A stretch of 63,451 nucleotides of DNA, the filler included, from Octopus bimaculoides (taxonomy: Eukaryota): the NCBI RefSeq assembly GCF_001194135.2. It is 6 parts of 5 records of this genome, joined end to end, with 100 filler letters (N's around TTAATTAATTAA, not from the genome) between each part and the next. Parts side by side here need not be neighbours in the genome. Positions count along the whole stretch, not along the records: positions 12,656 to 30,914 come from NC_068997.1; positions 31,015 to 35,950 come from NC_069005.1; positions 36,051 to 39,984 come from NW_026369517.1; 3 more parts are not named here. One strand, 5' to 3'. This document shows, one piece after another, positions 24,315 to 36,440 of this stretch. Position numbers and translations under genes: made by a program. The notes beneath the pieces were generated by a model, which saw only the letters and a program-made list of their open reading frames with translations, was not told the origin of the DNA and searched no databases. How positions within the stretch are numbered: the first letter of the stretch is position 1; each line of letters starts with the position of its first letter.

Positions 24315-24869
24315 TACTAGCTGTTGGACCCAGCATTACTCATGTTTTCCGTGTTGAAATTAAGCCTGCCTCTGACCTTGTACTAAAATCTTCTACATTC
24401 CCCGTGCCAACGATTACCCAATAAGATGTTAAATCTGGTTCAGCAAGCTGTTGCAAGATGAATAGATGTGTGGCAGGCAGGGGATGGGGGAATGGTCAGA
24501 GCAGGCAACAGAGTTTTGTTGATTTAGCAGAGTTTTTGCAGCCAACGACGACATGTTCAGTGGTGCAGAAGACACAAATATAAATAAGCATTTCCTGTTC
24601 TATCGATTTTGTTGAAAGTTTACACGTGAAAAAAATGCAAAAATAACATCGTTATGAGAATTTCCATTCAAACACCCGATTGAACTCACGAAAATCGATG
24701 CCAACTGAGCATTGAATTTTCAAAAGATTCCAGCCTCATTTGAACTTCAGAGCATGTGATCTACCTATGTGCCAGAAATCATTAAAATCGGTTGGATGGA
24801 GTGGGAGGAGTTAGGATAACCCCAAACACACACACAGATAGACACCATTACACATTTATGTATATAGAT
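24315..24869 (+). mobile_element. Non-autonomous Helitron-like (DINE-1/HINE-type) element
   Basis: Starts TACTAGCTGTTGGACCCAGCATTACTC and ends AAAATCGGTT...(CA)n-GATAGACAC...CATTTATGTATATAGAT, the terminal pattern of this class. Confidence 0.5.
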
Positions 24870-25542
24870 GTATTTGTGTGTCTGTGTTTGTCCCCCACTA
24901 TCACTTGACAGCTGATGTTGGTGTGTTTACATCCCTGTAACTTAGCGGTTCGGCAAAAGAGACCAATAAAATAAGTACTAGATTTACAAAGAATATGTCC
25001 TTGGATTGATTAGTTTGACTAAAGGCGGTGCTCCAGTGTGGCCACAGTCAAATGACTGAAACAAGTAAAAGAGTAAAAGAGTATGAATGTACATGGATGT
25101 GAGTGTGCATACATGCGCATGTATTCTCTTGTCTTGGTCTATCATGGAATGCTTCTAACTGAGTGCGCTCTTTATGATGCAAGTGATATCCCTTGTTCCC
25201 AGTTTCCCATGGAAATATGTCCGGTCATAGGGTAAATATTACCCTGCTTGGAAAGAAGTGACACAGAAAGGGAATCCGGTCACTGAAATCTGGCCCAACG
25301 GATTCCGTCAAATTCATGTAAGCATAGAAAAGTGAATATGATGATGATGATGGTGAAAATAAATAGGGTGCTATTTGAGAAATATTTTACCATTATTTCC
25401 ATGGGGCCTCTAGCAGAATGGCCCTATAGTCAGCTTGTCATATCCTAATGGTTAATTAATGAAGACAAAAAGCAAGTAAATAAGCTTCCATTCGTAGTTG
25501 CTCGATTCAATAAAATATGGATCAATCAGGTTTTTGTGCTTT

Positions 25543-25575
<33 letters not shown>

Positions 25576-26339
25576 CCAGAAAGAATTTGTCAAAGTTTAA
25601 TTGAATCAGTTTTGGAAAGATTGCTGTAGGTGACTAAAGTAATGGAAAATCTCACAGATTGATTGATTGGTTGATTGATTATTGGTTTTTATTTATTATT
25701 TTTTTATTATTGATTGAAACTTTACAACATATTTGCCTTTTTATAAACGCTCTTTTGTATTTCAACATTGTCCGGTCATTGGAGACTGCTTAGAAATCTT
25801 TATTTAATAGAGTTAAACATTGGCGCTGGTACCACGTAGAAAGCACCCAGTACACTCTGTAAAGTGGTTGGCATTAGGAAGGGCATCGAGCCAGAGAAAC
25901 CATGCCAAAACAGACAACGGAACAAGGTACAGCTCCAAGCCTTACCAGCTCGTCAAACCGTCCAACCCATGCCAGCATGGAAAATGGGCACTAAATGATT
26001 ATGATGATGATGGTGGTGTGATGGTAATGATGATGATGAGGAGGAGGAGTAGGAGGAGGAGGGGGGGAGGGATATATTTTAATGTAAGTGCAGGTGTGGC
26101 TGTGTGGTTAAGGAATTCATTTTCCAGCCATGTGGTTTCAGGTTCAGTCCCACTATGTGGCACTTTGGGCAAGTGTCTTCTGCTATTGCCCCGGGCCAAC
26201 CAAAACTTTGTTTGTTTTATTCCAGACTAGCATGGGTTACATGAATACTCATGTCGAGGCATTATTTCACAGCTGGACGCCCATCATATCTTTAACCCTT
26301 TCCTCATTCTGGAAAAATGTAAATCTACCGGATGGTCTA

Positions 26340-26752
26340 TTCTTTTAGTCTTTTATTTGTTTCAGTCATTTGACTGTGGCCATGCTGGAGCACTGCCTTG
26401 AAGGATTTTAGTAAATAGATTGATCCCCCACCACAGTACTTAGTTTACTTTTTTAAGCCTGAGACTTATTCTATCAGTTTCTTTTGCCAAACTGTTAAGT
26501 TATGGGGACATAAACACACCCACACTGGTTGTCAAGAGGTGGGGGGGACAATCACAGACACAAACACACACACACACACACACATATGACAGGCTTCTTT
26601 AAGTTTCCATCTACCAAATCTATTCACAAGGCTTTGGTCAGCCCAAGGTTATAATAGAAGAAGACAAACAGTTGCCCGAGGTGCCGTGCAGTGGGACCGA
26701 AACAGGAACCATATGGTTGGGAAGCAAGCTTCTTACCACACAGCTACACCTG
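26340..26752 (-). mobile_element. Composite tRNA-derived SINE with an internal microsatellite, near full length
   Basis: Head, (CA)n, body TAACTTAGCGGTTCGGCAAAAG and tail GACTGAAACAA. The same family occurs at 47712-48060(+), 48236-48475(-), 54495-54800(-) and 57170-57410(+). Confidence 0.75.
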
Positions 26753-28442
26753 TGCCAATATTAAATTAACTCTTTTATAAATGATGGGGTTCCACACAGT
26801 TTTCATCTACCAGATTCACTCACGAGGCATTTGGTTAGAAGACATCCAAGACTCCACAGAGGGGAACTGAATCCAACACCACATAACTGCAAAGCAAACT
26901 TCTTAATCACACAACCATGTCTGCACCCAAAAACACAGCCATACTTTTTATTTTTGTTTTTTAAGCTGCTCGCTAGGTGATTTGGAGGTATATTTTGATC
27001 TTGTTACTATTTCTAGCAGGTCAAACGACCATGTAGAAGCGCACTTATCAGCTCTTGTTATTGTCTTTATTTATTTATTTATTTATTTATTTGTTTAGGT
27101 GTTCACTCCTCCAATAACAATTTCCTGGTAGGTACATAAGCACCATCTTAAATCAATTCCTTCCAGATTCAATGTCAATCTTACGAGAAAGTTTCTGACT
27201 GACAAACAAATAGACGGTTGGGGGGGGGGGTGAAGAAGAAGAAGAAGGGAAGTGTAGCTCAGTGGTGGGGAGACAGTTGGGGGCTAGGGGTGACCTGAAG
27301 AGCTATTCATTAATAAAGCTACAGGTTCTTAGTGGGGGTCGGGGTTGGAGGTGGTAGTTTTTAATTAAACAAAACTACTAATAATAGAGATATACTATAA
27401 TTGATCTCTGCTTAATAGCTCACATAGCCTCCAGGTCAATACACCCTACTCTCCGTTTCTCTCTCCCTACCACTCTTCCTTTCTCACTATTTCTCTCTCC
27501 TCCTTTTTCTGCCTCTTTTCTCTCTCTCTCTAGTTCTCTCTCCCCCTTCTCTCTCTATCCTCTCTTTCTCTCTCTCTCCCTTCCATTCCTGTCTTCTCCC
27601 ACTTTCTTTCTCTCTCCGTTTCTTGCTCTCCCCTCTCCCTCCTCAATGTCTTCTTTTCTCCCTCCCTCTCCAGCCTTTTTCTCTCTGTCCCAACTCATCT
27701 TTTTCTATTTCTCTCTCTCCTCTATTTCTTGCTCTCCTCCTCCTCTCCTCTATTTCTTGCTCTCCTCCTCCTCTCTCCTCTATTTCTTGCTCTTCTCCCC
27801 CTCTCTCTTCATTATCTCTCTCTCTCTCCTTGTACCCTCTCCCTCTCTCTCCATCATATTCACTTACCTCTCCCTACTTAATGTTGTCACACACCCACCA
27901 TTGTTTACCCCTCTCTTCCCCCACATCTCCTCCCTCCTTCTCCACCTCCACCAATCAAATCAAATTGGTGGAATCAGTTCCTCTCTTCCCCCACCACACA
28001 CACATACACTGTGTGGGCGTGTGTATGTGTGTGTATGTAGATATGAATGTATGTGGATGTGTACAAATATGGGTGTGTGCATGTGTGTGTGTGTGTGTGT
28101 GGATGCATGAGTGAGTGTATATGTATGAGAAGGTATGTATGTTCGTGTGAGGTGTGTAGCTGAGAGCGTGTACAAAAATGTTTGTATGCCAACGTAGACA
28201 TATGACACTGTACATGTATCTGGGTGTGTCTGTATGAGAAGGTTCAGGTATGGCTGTGTGGTAAGAAGTTTGCTTCACAGATACGTGGTTCCAGGTTCAA
28301 GTCCTACTATGTGTCACCTTGGGCCTGAAGCTATAGTCTACTATAGCTTCGGACTGCTGATTGAAGCCCTTGTGAGTGGATTTTAGCAGAAGCAAACTAA
28401 GGGAGGTGTGTCACATTTGGTGTGTATGTGTGTGTGTGTGTA

Positions 28443-28775
28443 AGGAAAATAAGACAAAGCAGAAAATGCTAAAATAATTTTTATCATGAAGAACATTTTA
28501 GTACCGGTTTCAATCTTTCTGACTTTTCCATGAAAAATCATTAAATTGTAGAAAGTAAAAGAGAGAGAGACAGACAGACAGAAAAAAAGGAAAACATCTC
28601 ACCTGTTTGAAAATTATGGAAATATTTTTACAAAGCATTTCATTTCATTTTTCCATAATTTAATTGCTTTTCATGCTTTACTCCAAGTTGAAAAAGTCAA
28701 AAAGACTGAAACTGGTACTAAAATGTTCTTCATGATAAAATTATTTTAGCATTTTCTACCTTGTCTTATTTTCCT
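28443..28775. mobile_element. MITE with about 80-bp terminal inverted repeats and TA flanks (Tc1/mariner-like)
   Basis: AGGAAAATAAGACAA...TTTTAGTACC pairs with GGTACTAAAA...TTGTCTTATTTTCCT. TA is present at 28441-28442 and 28776-28777. Confidence 0.75.
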
Positions 28776-31211
28776 TATACATATCAACTCATGGGTTATT
28801 TTTCAACCTTTTACATATATTCATATAGATATATATATATATATATATATATATGCCAGGGCCATGGATTGGCTCCTGTGCCAGTGGCCTGTAAAAAGCA
28901 ACATTCGAGCATGATCGTTGCCAGCATTGTCTTACTGGCACATGTGCCGGTGGCACGTGAAAACAACATTTGAGTGTGGTCGTTGCCAGTGCTGCTGGAC
29001 TGGCTTCCATGCAGGTAGCACATAAAAAACACCTTTTGTGCGTGGTCATTGCCAACCGCCAGACTGGCTCTCGTGCTGGTAGCACGTAAAAGCACCCACT
29101 ACACTCTCGGAGTGGTTGGCATTAGGAAAGGAATCCAGCTGTAGAAACTTTGCCAGATCAGATTGGAGCCTGGTGCAGCNNNNNNNNNNGGAGCCTGGTG
29201 CAGCCATCTGGTTCACCAGTCCTCAGTCAAACCATCCAACCCATGCCAGCATGGAAAGTGAACGTTAAACAATGATGATGATGATGATGTGTGTGTATGT
29301 GTCTTTATGTCTGTGTTTGTCACCCACCACTGCTTGACAACCGGTATTGGTGGGTTTATGTCCCTATAACTTCGTGGTTCAGAAAAGGAGATCAATAGAA
29401 TAAGTGCCAAACTCTAAAAAAAATGATTTGGGGTCGACTCATTTGCCTAAAAATTCTTGAAGGGTGTGCTCTAGCATGACCATGGTTTAATGACTGAAGA
29501 ATGTAAAAACAAAATGCGTGTGTGTGTGTGAGAGAGAGAGAGAGAAAAAGAGAGATGTGTATCCGTGTGTGTGTGAGTGTGCTTGTGGCATATACATGTG
29601 TGTGCATGTGTATGTATATGTGTGTGTGTGTGTGTACAAATATGTTTGTGTCAGACTGTACATGTGTGTGTATGAATATGGATGTATGTGCGAATGCAGA
29701 TGTAGATATGTGTGTATGTGCATGTTTGAATGTGGATATGTGTGTGTGTGGATGTGCATTTGTGTATGTGTGGGAGGATGTAAGTGGAAGTGTCTGTTTC
29801 TGCTTTGTGTCCGTGTGCGAAGAGGTGTGTAGATGTACATTTATTTGTATGTGTGCGTGCATGTATTTGTGTATGTCTGTGCGTATGCATGCACACGTGG
29901 CTGGAAGTGTTGTTCGTGGTGTATGCATGTGCTTGCACATGTGCATAGACATGTGTGAATGTATGGGTGGAAGTTTTGTTTTGTGTATTTGTGTGTAAAT
30001 GTATGTGTCTGTCTGTAGGCATAAACTCTGTGTCTGTATATTGATGTAGATGTATCTGCACATGTGTGTTTGTGTGAGTGTGCTTGTGGTATATGCATGT
30101 ATGTGTACATCTGTATGTGTGCATATGCACGTGTGTGTGTGTGTTTTATTTAATTAAAAGTCCAGACAACAGAACAAAAATCAGCTGCTAGTCTAAGAAA
30201 CAAGACATATTTTTGTCGACATTTTGGCTGACCTGTAACAAAACTTTATAAATATTAAAGTGTAACACTAAATCAAGCAAAACATTGAGAATCCAGATGA
30301 ACTGGTGATGATGTCGATGATGATGATGATGTCGATGATGATGATGATGATGAGGAGGAGGAGGATACCAAATGCTGTCTGATTTCTAGTGCAAATGCAA
30401 GCCAGTCACTTCAATCCTCATTAACGGCGACATTGGCAACAACAACAACAACAGTAACAAAAAAAAAAGAACACAACTATCAAGAGAAGCAGAGCAGTAA
30501 TGGAGCTTATGACGATGCCTACAGGTGATCACTTGACCTGCCAGAACTAACAACCAAATCTCTCTCGAATCACATAATAACAACTGAAAAAAAAAAGAAA
30601 AACCCCAGAAAGAGCAACTAAATGATGTTGTTCTACACACTCTGGTATCTCTTTCGCTTTCTCTCACCATTTCTAAATATTTCTGCTTTCACTATCACTC
30701 TGTCTCTTTCACTGACTCTCTCTCTCTCTCTCTGCATCTCACAATCTCCCACTCCCAGTCTTTATCTGTCCCTATCACTAATCCATGTTTCACTAAATCA
30801 ACCTATATATATAACCAACTATCTCTCTCTCTCTCCCTCTTTCTCTCTGTTACACTACACACACTCACCCACCCATCCACCCCATATATATATTATATAT
30901 ATATATATATATATNNNNNNNNNNNNNNNNNNNNNNNNNNNNNNNNNNNNNNNNNNNNTTAATTAATTAANNNNNNNNNNNNNNNNNNNNNNNNNNNNNN
31001 NNNNNNNNNNNNNNATGAACATTCCATGTGGTTTTAGTGTCAAGTTTTGGCTGCTATATCTAGCATGGTGGTATCTTTTAGATACCCTTAATTATAATTT
31101 TTATATATATATTTTAAAAATAGGATAAAATCTTTATAAGAATTTATCAAGTAGTTAGCGTGAAAAACCTCATAAGGGATAAATTTATTAGTTATTCCCT
31201 TTAAATATATT

Positions 31212-31378
31212 TATTTATATTAAGGGTATTACTATACATAAATGCCTCATGCTAGGAGGGACTCTTAAAGTCAAAACTACCATAATAAACACATTGTACC
31301 GGTACAATGGTAGTTTTGACTTTAAGAGTACCTCCTAGCGTGAGGCATTTATGTATAGTAATGCCCTTAATATAAATA
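31212..31378. repeat. Near-perfect palindrome with 72-bp arms
   Basis: 31212-31283 matches the reverse complement of 31307-31378 at 69 of 72 positions. The loop contains a second palindrome, ATTGTACCGGTACAAT. Confidence 0.9.
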
Positions 31379-31414
31379 TATATATAGGCGCAGGCGTGAC
31401 TGTGTAGTAAGATT

Positions 31415-31590
31415 ACCTTGATAACTGACGAGATGTCAGAGCAGGTTTCTGCCCCAACATCCAAAACTCGGAGTCTTATTATGGCTACCGAATAATTGTC
31501 ACATATATTTACAGATAAATTCCTCTATTTACATAATATCGAGGTCTCTTTCATTCTTTTGTTGTCTTACCATTACTATTAATATATATA
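31415..31590 (+). mobile_element. Penelope-type terminal fragment with a degenerate hammerhead
   Basis: TGATAA-CTGACGA-GATGT...ACATCC-AAAA-CTCGGAG-TC-TTATTA at 31419-31481, with G12 changed to A. The tail is shared with 53215-53335. Confidence 0.65.
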
Positions 31591-31647
31591 TATATATATA
31601 TATACATATAGACAAAATCATTTAAATGAACAAAGTAAGCAGCATAC

Positions 31648-31761
31648 CTTCTCGATCAAAGTAGTTCTTTAAACACTTTTTAGGGTCATCAATGTATAAG
31701 GATTCATCTAAATCTTGACTGAAAGGGTTATCTTGACTCTCCTCAACAGCACTTGCCATAT
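31648..31761 (-). CDS. SLC4A1AP: Internal exon of a kanadaptin (SLC4A1AP)-like gene
   Basis: TTTTTTTCAG acceptor and GTATGC donor, 114 nt, phase 1/1. Encodes MASAVEESQDNPFSQDLDESLYIDDPKKCLKNYFDRE(G), matching from memory the kanadaptin NP...DPKK.L..FF.REG segment. No other exons were found. Confidence 0.72.
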
Positions 31762-34700
31762 CTGAAAAAAAAATATTACAAATAATTCTTCATACTATTA
31801 ACACAAGGACTGAAATTTTTGGTGGTGGAGGGGACTTGTCAATTATATTGACATAAGTACTCAACTGGTATTTATTTCATTGATTGTGAAAAGATGAAAT
31901 TAAAAGTTGACCTAAGTAAGAGTTGAACTCAAAACATAAAAGAAACTCCACTAGGCATCTTTGTCCAATGTACTAATGATTTTTGCCAGCTGGTCGCCGT
32001 TGAAGGTGAGGGTTTCAAATTTTGCTACAAGGCAGACATTTTAGAGACAGGAACTAGTTGGTTACATGACCTCCAATCCTCACCTGATATCTATTTTATC
32101 AACCCCCAAACGGATGAAAGGCAAAGTCAACCTCAGAAAAATTTGAACTCAGAATGTAAAGCCTGGGAAAATGTCCTGAAGCATTTTGTCCAGCACAATA
32201 ACAGTTCTGCCAATTCTCTGCCTTTGGAAATCACATAAATAAAGAAGAATATAAATTATCAAGAACAAGTAAAAAAAAGCCGAAATCAAAATAATGACTA
32301 ATATATTCATTTTTAACACATTCCAGTAGATTCGTACATTTCATCTTCTTCACTCAGTTAATTTGGTATCCATCACACCTGAATTTGATCCAAGGTGAAT
32401 TATCTCACCTGTCTATGACTTTCAGGTGTTTTAACACCCAACAGTAACAGGGGTCATCCCCAAGCACCCTCTCACAGTAAATACAGCAAACAAAGCACAT
32501 ACACTGAGTATGCGCATTTGATAATGTTGATACCACTAGTGCTGATTATATATATATATATATATATATATNNNNNNNNNNNNNNNNNNNNNNNNNNNNN
32601 NNNNNNNNNNNNNNNNNNNNNNNNNNNNNNNNNNNNNNNNNNNNNNNNNNNNNNNNNNNNNNNNNNNNNNNNNNNNNNNNNNNNNNNNNNNNNNNNNNNN
32701 NNNNNNNNNNNNNNNNNNNNNNNNNNNNNNNNNNNNNNNNNNNNNNNNNNNNNNNNNNNNNNNNNNNNNNNNNNNNNNNNNNNNNNNNNNNNNNNNNNNN
32801 NNNNNNNNNNNNNNNNNNNNNNNNNNNNNNNNNNNNNNNNNNNNNNNNNNNNNNNNNNNNNNNNNNNNNNNNNNNNNNNNNNNNNNNNNNNNNNNNNNNN
32901 NNNNNNNNNNNNNNNNNNNNNNNNNNNNNNNNNNNNNNNNNNNNNNNNNNNNNNNNNNNNNNNNNNNNNNNNNNNNNNNNNNNNNNNNNNNNNNNNNNNN
33001 NNNNNNNNNNNNNNNNNNNNNNNNNNNNNNNNNNNNNNNNNNNNNNNNNNNNNNNNNNNNNNNNNNNNNNNNNNNNNNNNNNNNNNNNNNNNNNNNNNNN
33101 NNNNNNNNNNNNNNNNNNNNNNNNNNNNNNNNNNNNNNNNNNNNNNNNNNNNNNNNNNNNNNNNNNNNNNNNNNNNNNNNNNNNNNNNNNNNNNNNNNNN
33201 NNNNNNNNNNNNNNNNNNNNNNNNNNNNNNNNNNNNNNNNNNNNNNNNNNNNNNNNNNNNNNNNNNNNNNNNNNNNNNNNNNNNNNNNNNNNNNNNNNNN
33301 NNNNNNNNNNNNNNNNNNNATACAGACATACATATATACATACATACATATACAGACATATTCAAGGCAGAATTTCTACAGCTGGATGTTCTTCTTGTTG
33401 CCAACATTCACTTGTTTCCAAATAAGGTAATATTTCCCCATGCCCTGACATGCCCTGACATGTTTCCATGACAGATCAGCAGTGAATAGCATAGCAATGA
33501 CATGATGCCAAGCAAACAAAAGATAAACCCCCTCACTGGACAGAAAGCTAATCTACCAGAGGTTTAACATTTCCCAAACGAGCATGGTCTAGTGGTTAGA
33601 GTGCTCAGCTCATGATTATACAATTAGAGGTTCAATTCCTAGACTGAGTGCCTCCACGCTGTGCTCTTGCACAAGACACTTCATTTCATGTTGCTACAAG
33701 TTACAATGACGTGTTGTCATCGAGAGAATGGACCAGAAGGAAAACAATACACATCAAGAGGCAGAGATCAGACATCAAAGACACAAAGAGTGACTTGCAC
33801 TTCCTTGTCCCCTGCCAACCCCCTCCTGCGATAAATGCACCCCAATTCTTCTATACCACCCCTGGCCAGAACAGCAACCTCAGACACCAGCACCTTTTGC
33901 ACCCATCATGATGAAGAGGCTCAATCATTCTCTAGAGATTAACTACTTGGATATAAGCTAATGCCAACAATGACAGGTTACACAGATGAAGTGAGTCCAG
34001 TGCTTGCACAGCCGTCTCTCTTTCTCCCAGATTGAACCCAGGAGAGATCGATACCAAATTAAATGGATGGATAAGATGAGATGAGATGAAGAGATCTACT
34101 GGAACATGTTGAAAATGAATATATTCATCAATGTTCTGATGGGCCAAATGCAAGGATGTCTACTTCTACTCAGGACTACACAGGCACCTGAAATAATTAG
34201 CAAAAGCATGGTACAAGCAACGCAGCCATAATCATAAGCAACTGATGGCTAGTCATACTGAAGTAACAAAGCAGGTAACCCATTGTCCTTCCTTGACTGT
34301 TATTATCTGACTAATGTCAAATAAGTCAAGTCCTGGAACAGGTCCTTCTCTTTAACCCACCCTCCTCCAACCACCACCACCACCTTTCTCTCACAATCAG
34401 CATTATGTAGAACGATGCCCTCTCAAACACTATCCACCATACAGAGTTTATAGGGATCATTTTATCATGACACCAGCACTAGATGTGTGTGTGTTTAAAG
34501 GAACTTAAATATTAGGTGTGGCTTTGTACTTAAGAATCTAACATATCAACCACTTGGTTCTGGGTTCAGTTCCACTGCATGGCACCTTGGACAAGTGTCT
34601 TCTACTACAGCCCTCCAAAAGTACAGAAGGAATGGGTTTACACTCTTATCACTAATTATTTGAATTAAGGTTTTCTAAAACTAAAATTGAAACTTATTTC

Positions 34701-35915
34701 AGTGTTTCTGAGTGATGCTGTGTTGTGCATGAAATATACACACATACACATACACATTATTTATTATCATCTTCATCATTTCACATTCATTGTCCATGCT
34801 GGCATGGGTTGGATGGTATGACCAGAGCTGGCAAGCTGAGGAGCTGCACCAGACTCCAAATTGATTTGGCATGATTTCTATGGCTGGATGCCCTTCCTAA
34901 CACCAACCACTTACAGAGTGTGCTGGTTGCTTTTACATGTTGTCACATGGGTGTCTTTATGTGACACCATATGGGTGTCTTTATGCGGAACTGCATGGGT
35001 GCTTTTACATTGTACCACATGGCTGCTTTTACACGGCATCCCATAAGTGCTTTAATGTGACTCTGCACAGGCACTTTAATGTGCCACTGACAAGAGCTTT
35101 TACGTGGCACCACCATGAGTGCTTTGCCCCACCCAGAGGGACCAATCTTAACACTTCTACTGCTGAGTACAGGTCTTCTTGAGTACAGCAAGGTGCCAGG
35201 TTTCTCATAACACTAGACTCTCTCATCACTTTGGCAAATGAGGATTCAACAGGGCAACTACAAACAATCATCACCCTATAGTCACGTGTGTGCAGGATCA
35301 AAGACAAAATCTTCCAGTAGCATCCTTGACCTATTTCCCATCACCTCTGTCCCTGTCACCACTAGACTTATGAAGAAAGTGTGATGGTGTTGGTGCTGGC
35401 GTCTTGATTTACTGAACACCCTACACAATGGTCATTATTATAGTGGGCATCATTTGTGAAAACCCATCTCTTGTCCTTCAAACTTGTATTAGTCTGGAGT
35501 AACAAGTGCCACACACCCTGTAGTTATCAGGATGCAGGATTTGTATGGAGGTACCTTCTAATGGACAAGAAGCTAAAGAGCCATCCTGGGTCTGTTGGAG
35601 TGTCTGTGAGTGACCTTCTTCCGGAGGCAATTCTGTGACATGCTGAGAACCTCTTAACTGGGCCCCTGATAGGAGCCACACACACACACAAAAGCATGGG
35701 TGAGTAGTAGGAGACTTGCCTCCAAACCACATGGCATCATGTTCAGTCCCACTGCATGACACCTTGAGCAAGTATCTTCAACTATAGCCCAAAGCCAATC
35801 AAAGTTTTGTGAGTGGATCTATTGGACAGAAACTGAAAGAAATTTGTTTGCGTGTGTATATATATATATATATATGTCTACTCCAGCATGGCTACAGTCC
35901 AATGACAGAAACAAG

Positions 35916-35950
<35 letters not shown>

Positions 35951-36050
35951 NNNNNNNNNNNNNNNNNNNNNNNNNNNNNNNNNNNNNNNNNNNNTTAATT
36001 AATTAANNNNNNNNNNNNNNNNNNNNNNNNNNNNNNNNNNNNNNNNNNNN

Positions 36051-36087
<37 letters not shown>

Positions 36088-36174
36088 ATATACACACATA
36101 GAGACACATATCCATGTATTATGCAAGTATGCATGTCTGTGTGTATATTTATACACATATATATATATATATTT

Positions 36175-36209
<35 letters not shown>

Positions 36210-36217
<8 letters not shown>

Positions 36218-36440
36218 CCAAACATGAACAAGCAAGAAAAAACACGTAAATACAACAATGCAAGGACATGGAATAAGTACAGTGTTATTGGACGCTCAGG
36301 AAAGGAAAGAAAAGAAAGAGGATTTCACGTTTTGAGTGGAGCTCTTCATCAGAAATATAGAAAACGTCCAAAAGTCCAAAGAAGGGAAGACGGAGAAAGA
36401 AAATCGCCAACGCTACACACGCGGTTACATATATATTCTC
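36210..36440 (-). mobile_element. Penelope-type terminal fragment with a degenerate hammerhead
   Basis: The reverse complement of 36322-36356 reads ATTT-CTGATGA-A-GAG-CTCCA-CTC-AAAA-CGTG-AAAT, with G12 changed to A and G at position 17. Confidence 0.55.

Noticed and set aside
27098-27195. Exon-like stretches with good acceptors (also about 23650, 25580, 30230 and 53700)
   Set aside because: None translates to a recognisable YARS2 or kanadaptin segment, and most lack a matching donor.
28870-29100. Repeat-spacer-like arrays resembling CRISPR (also 34930-35130)
   Set aside because: The units are degenerate tandem copies inside a dispersed eukaryotic repeat, with no unique spacers and no cas genes.
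30386-30670. 94-aa minus ORF after a strong acceptor
   Set aside because: Its core is a fragment of a common dispersed repeat also seen at about 27000 and 31045.
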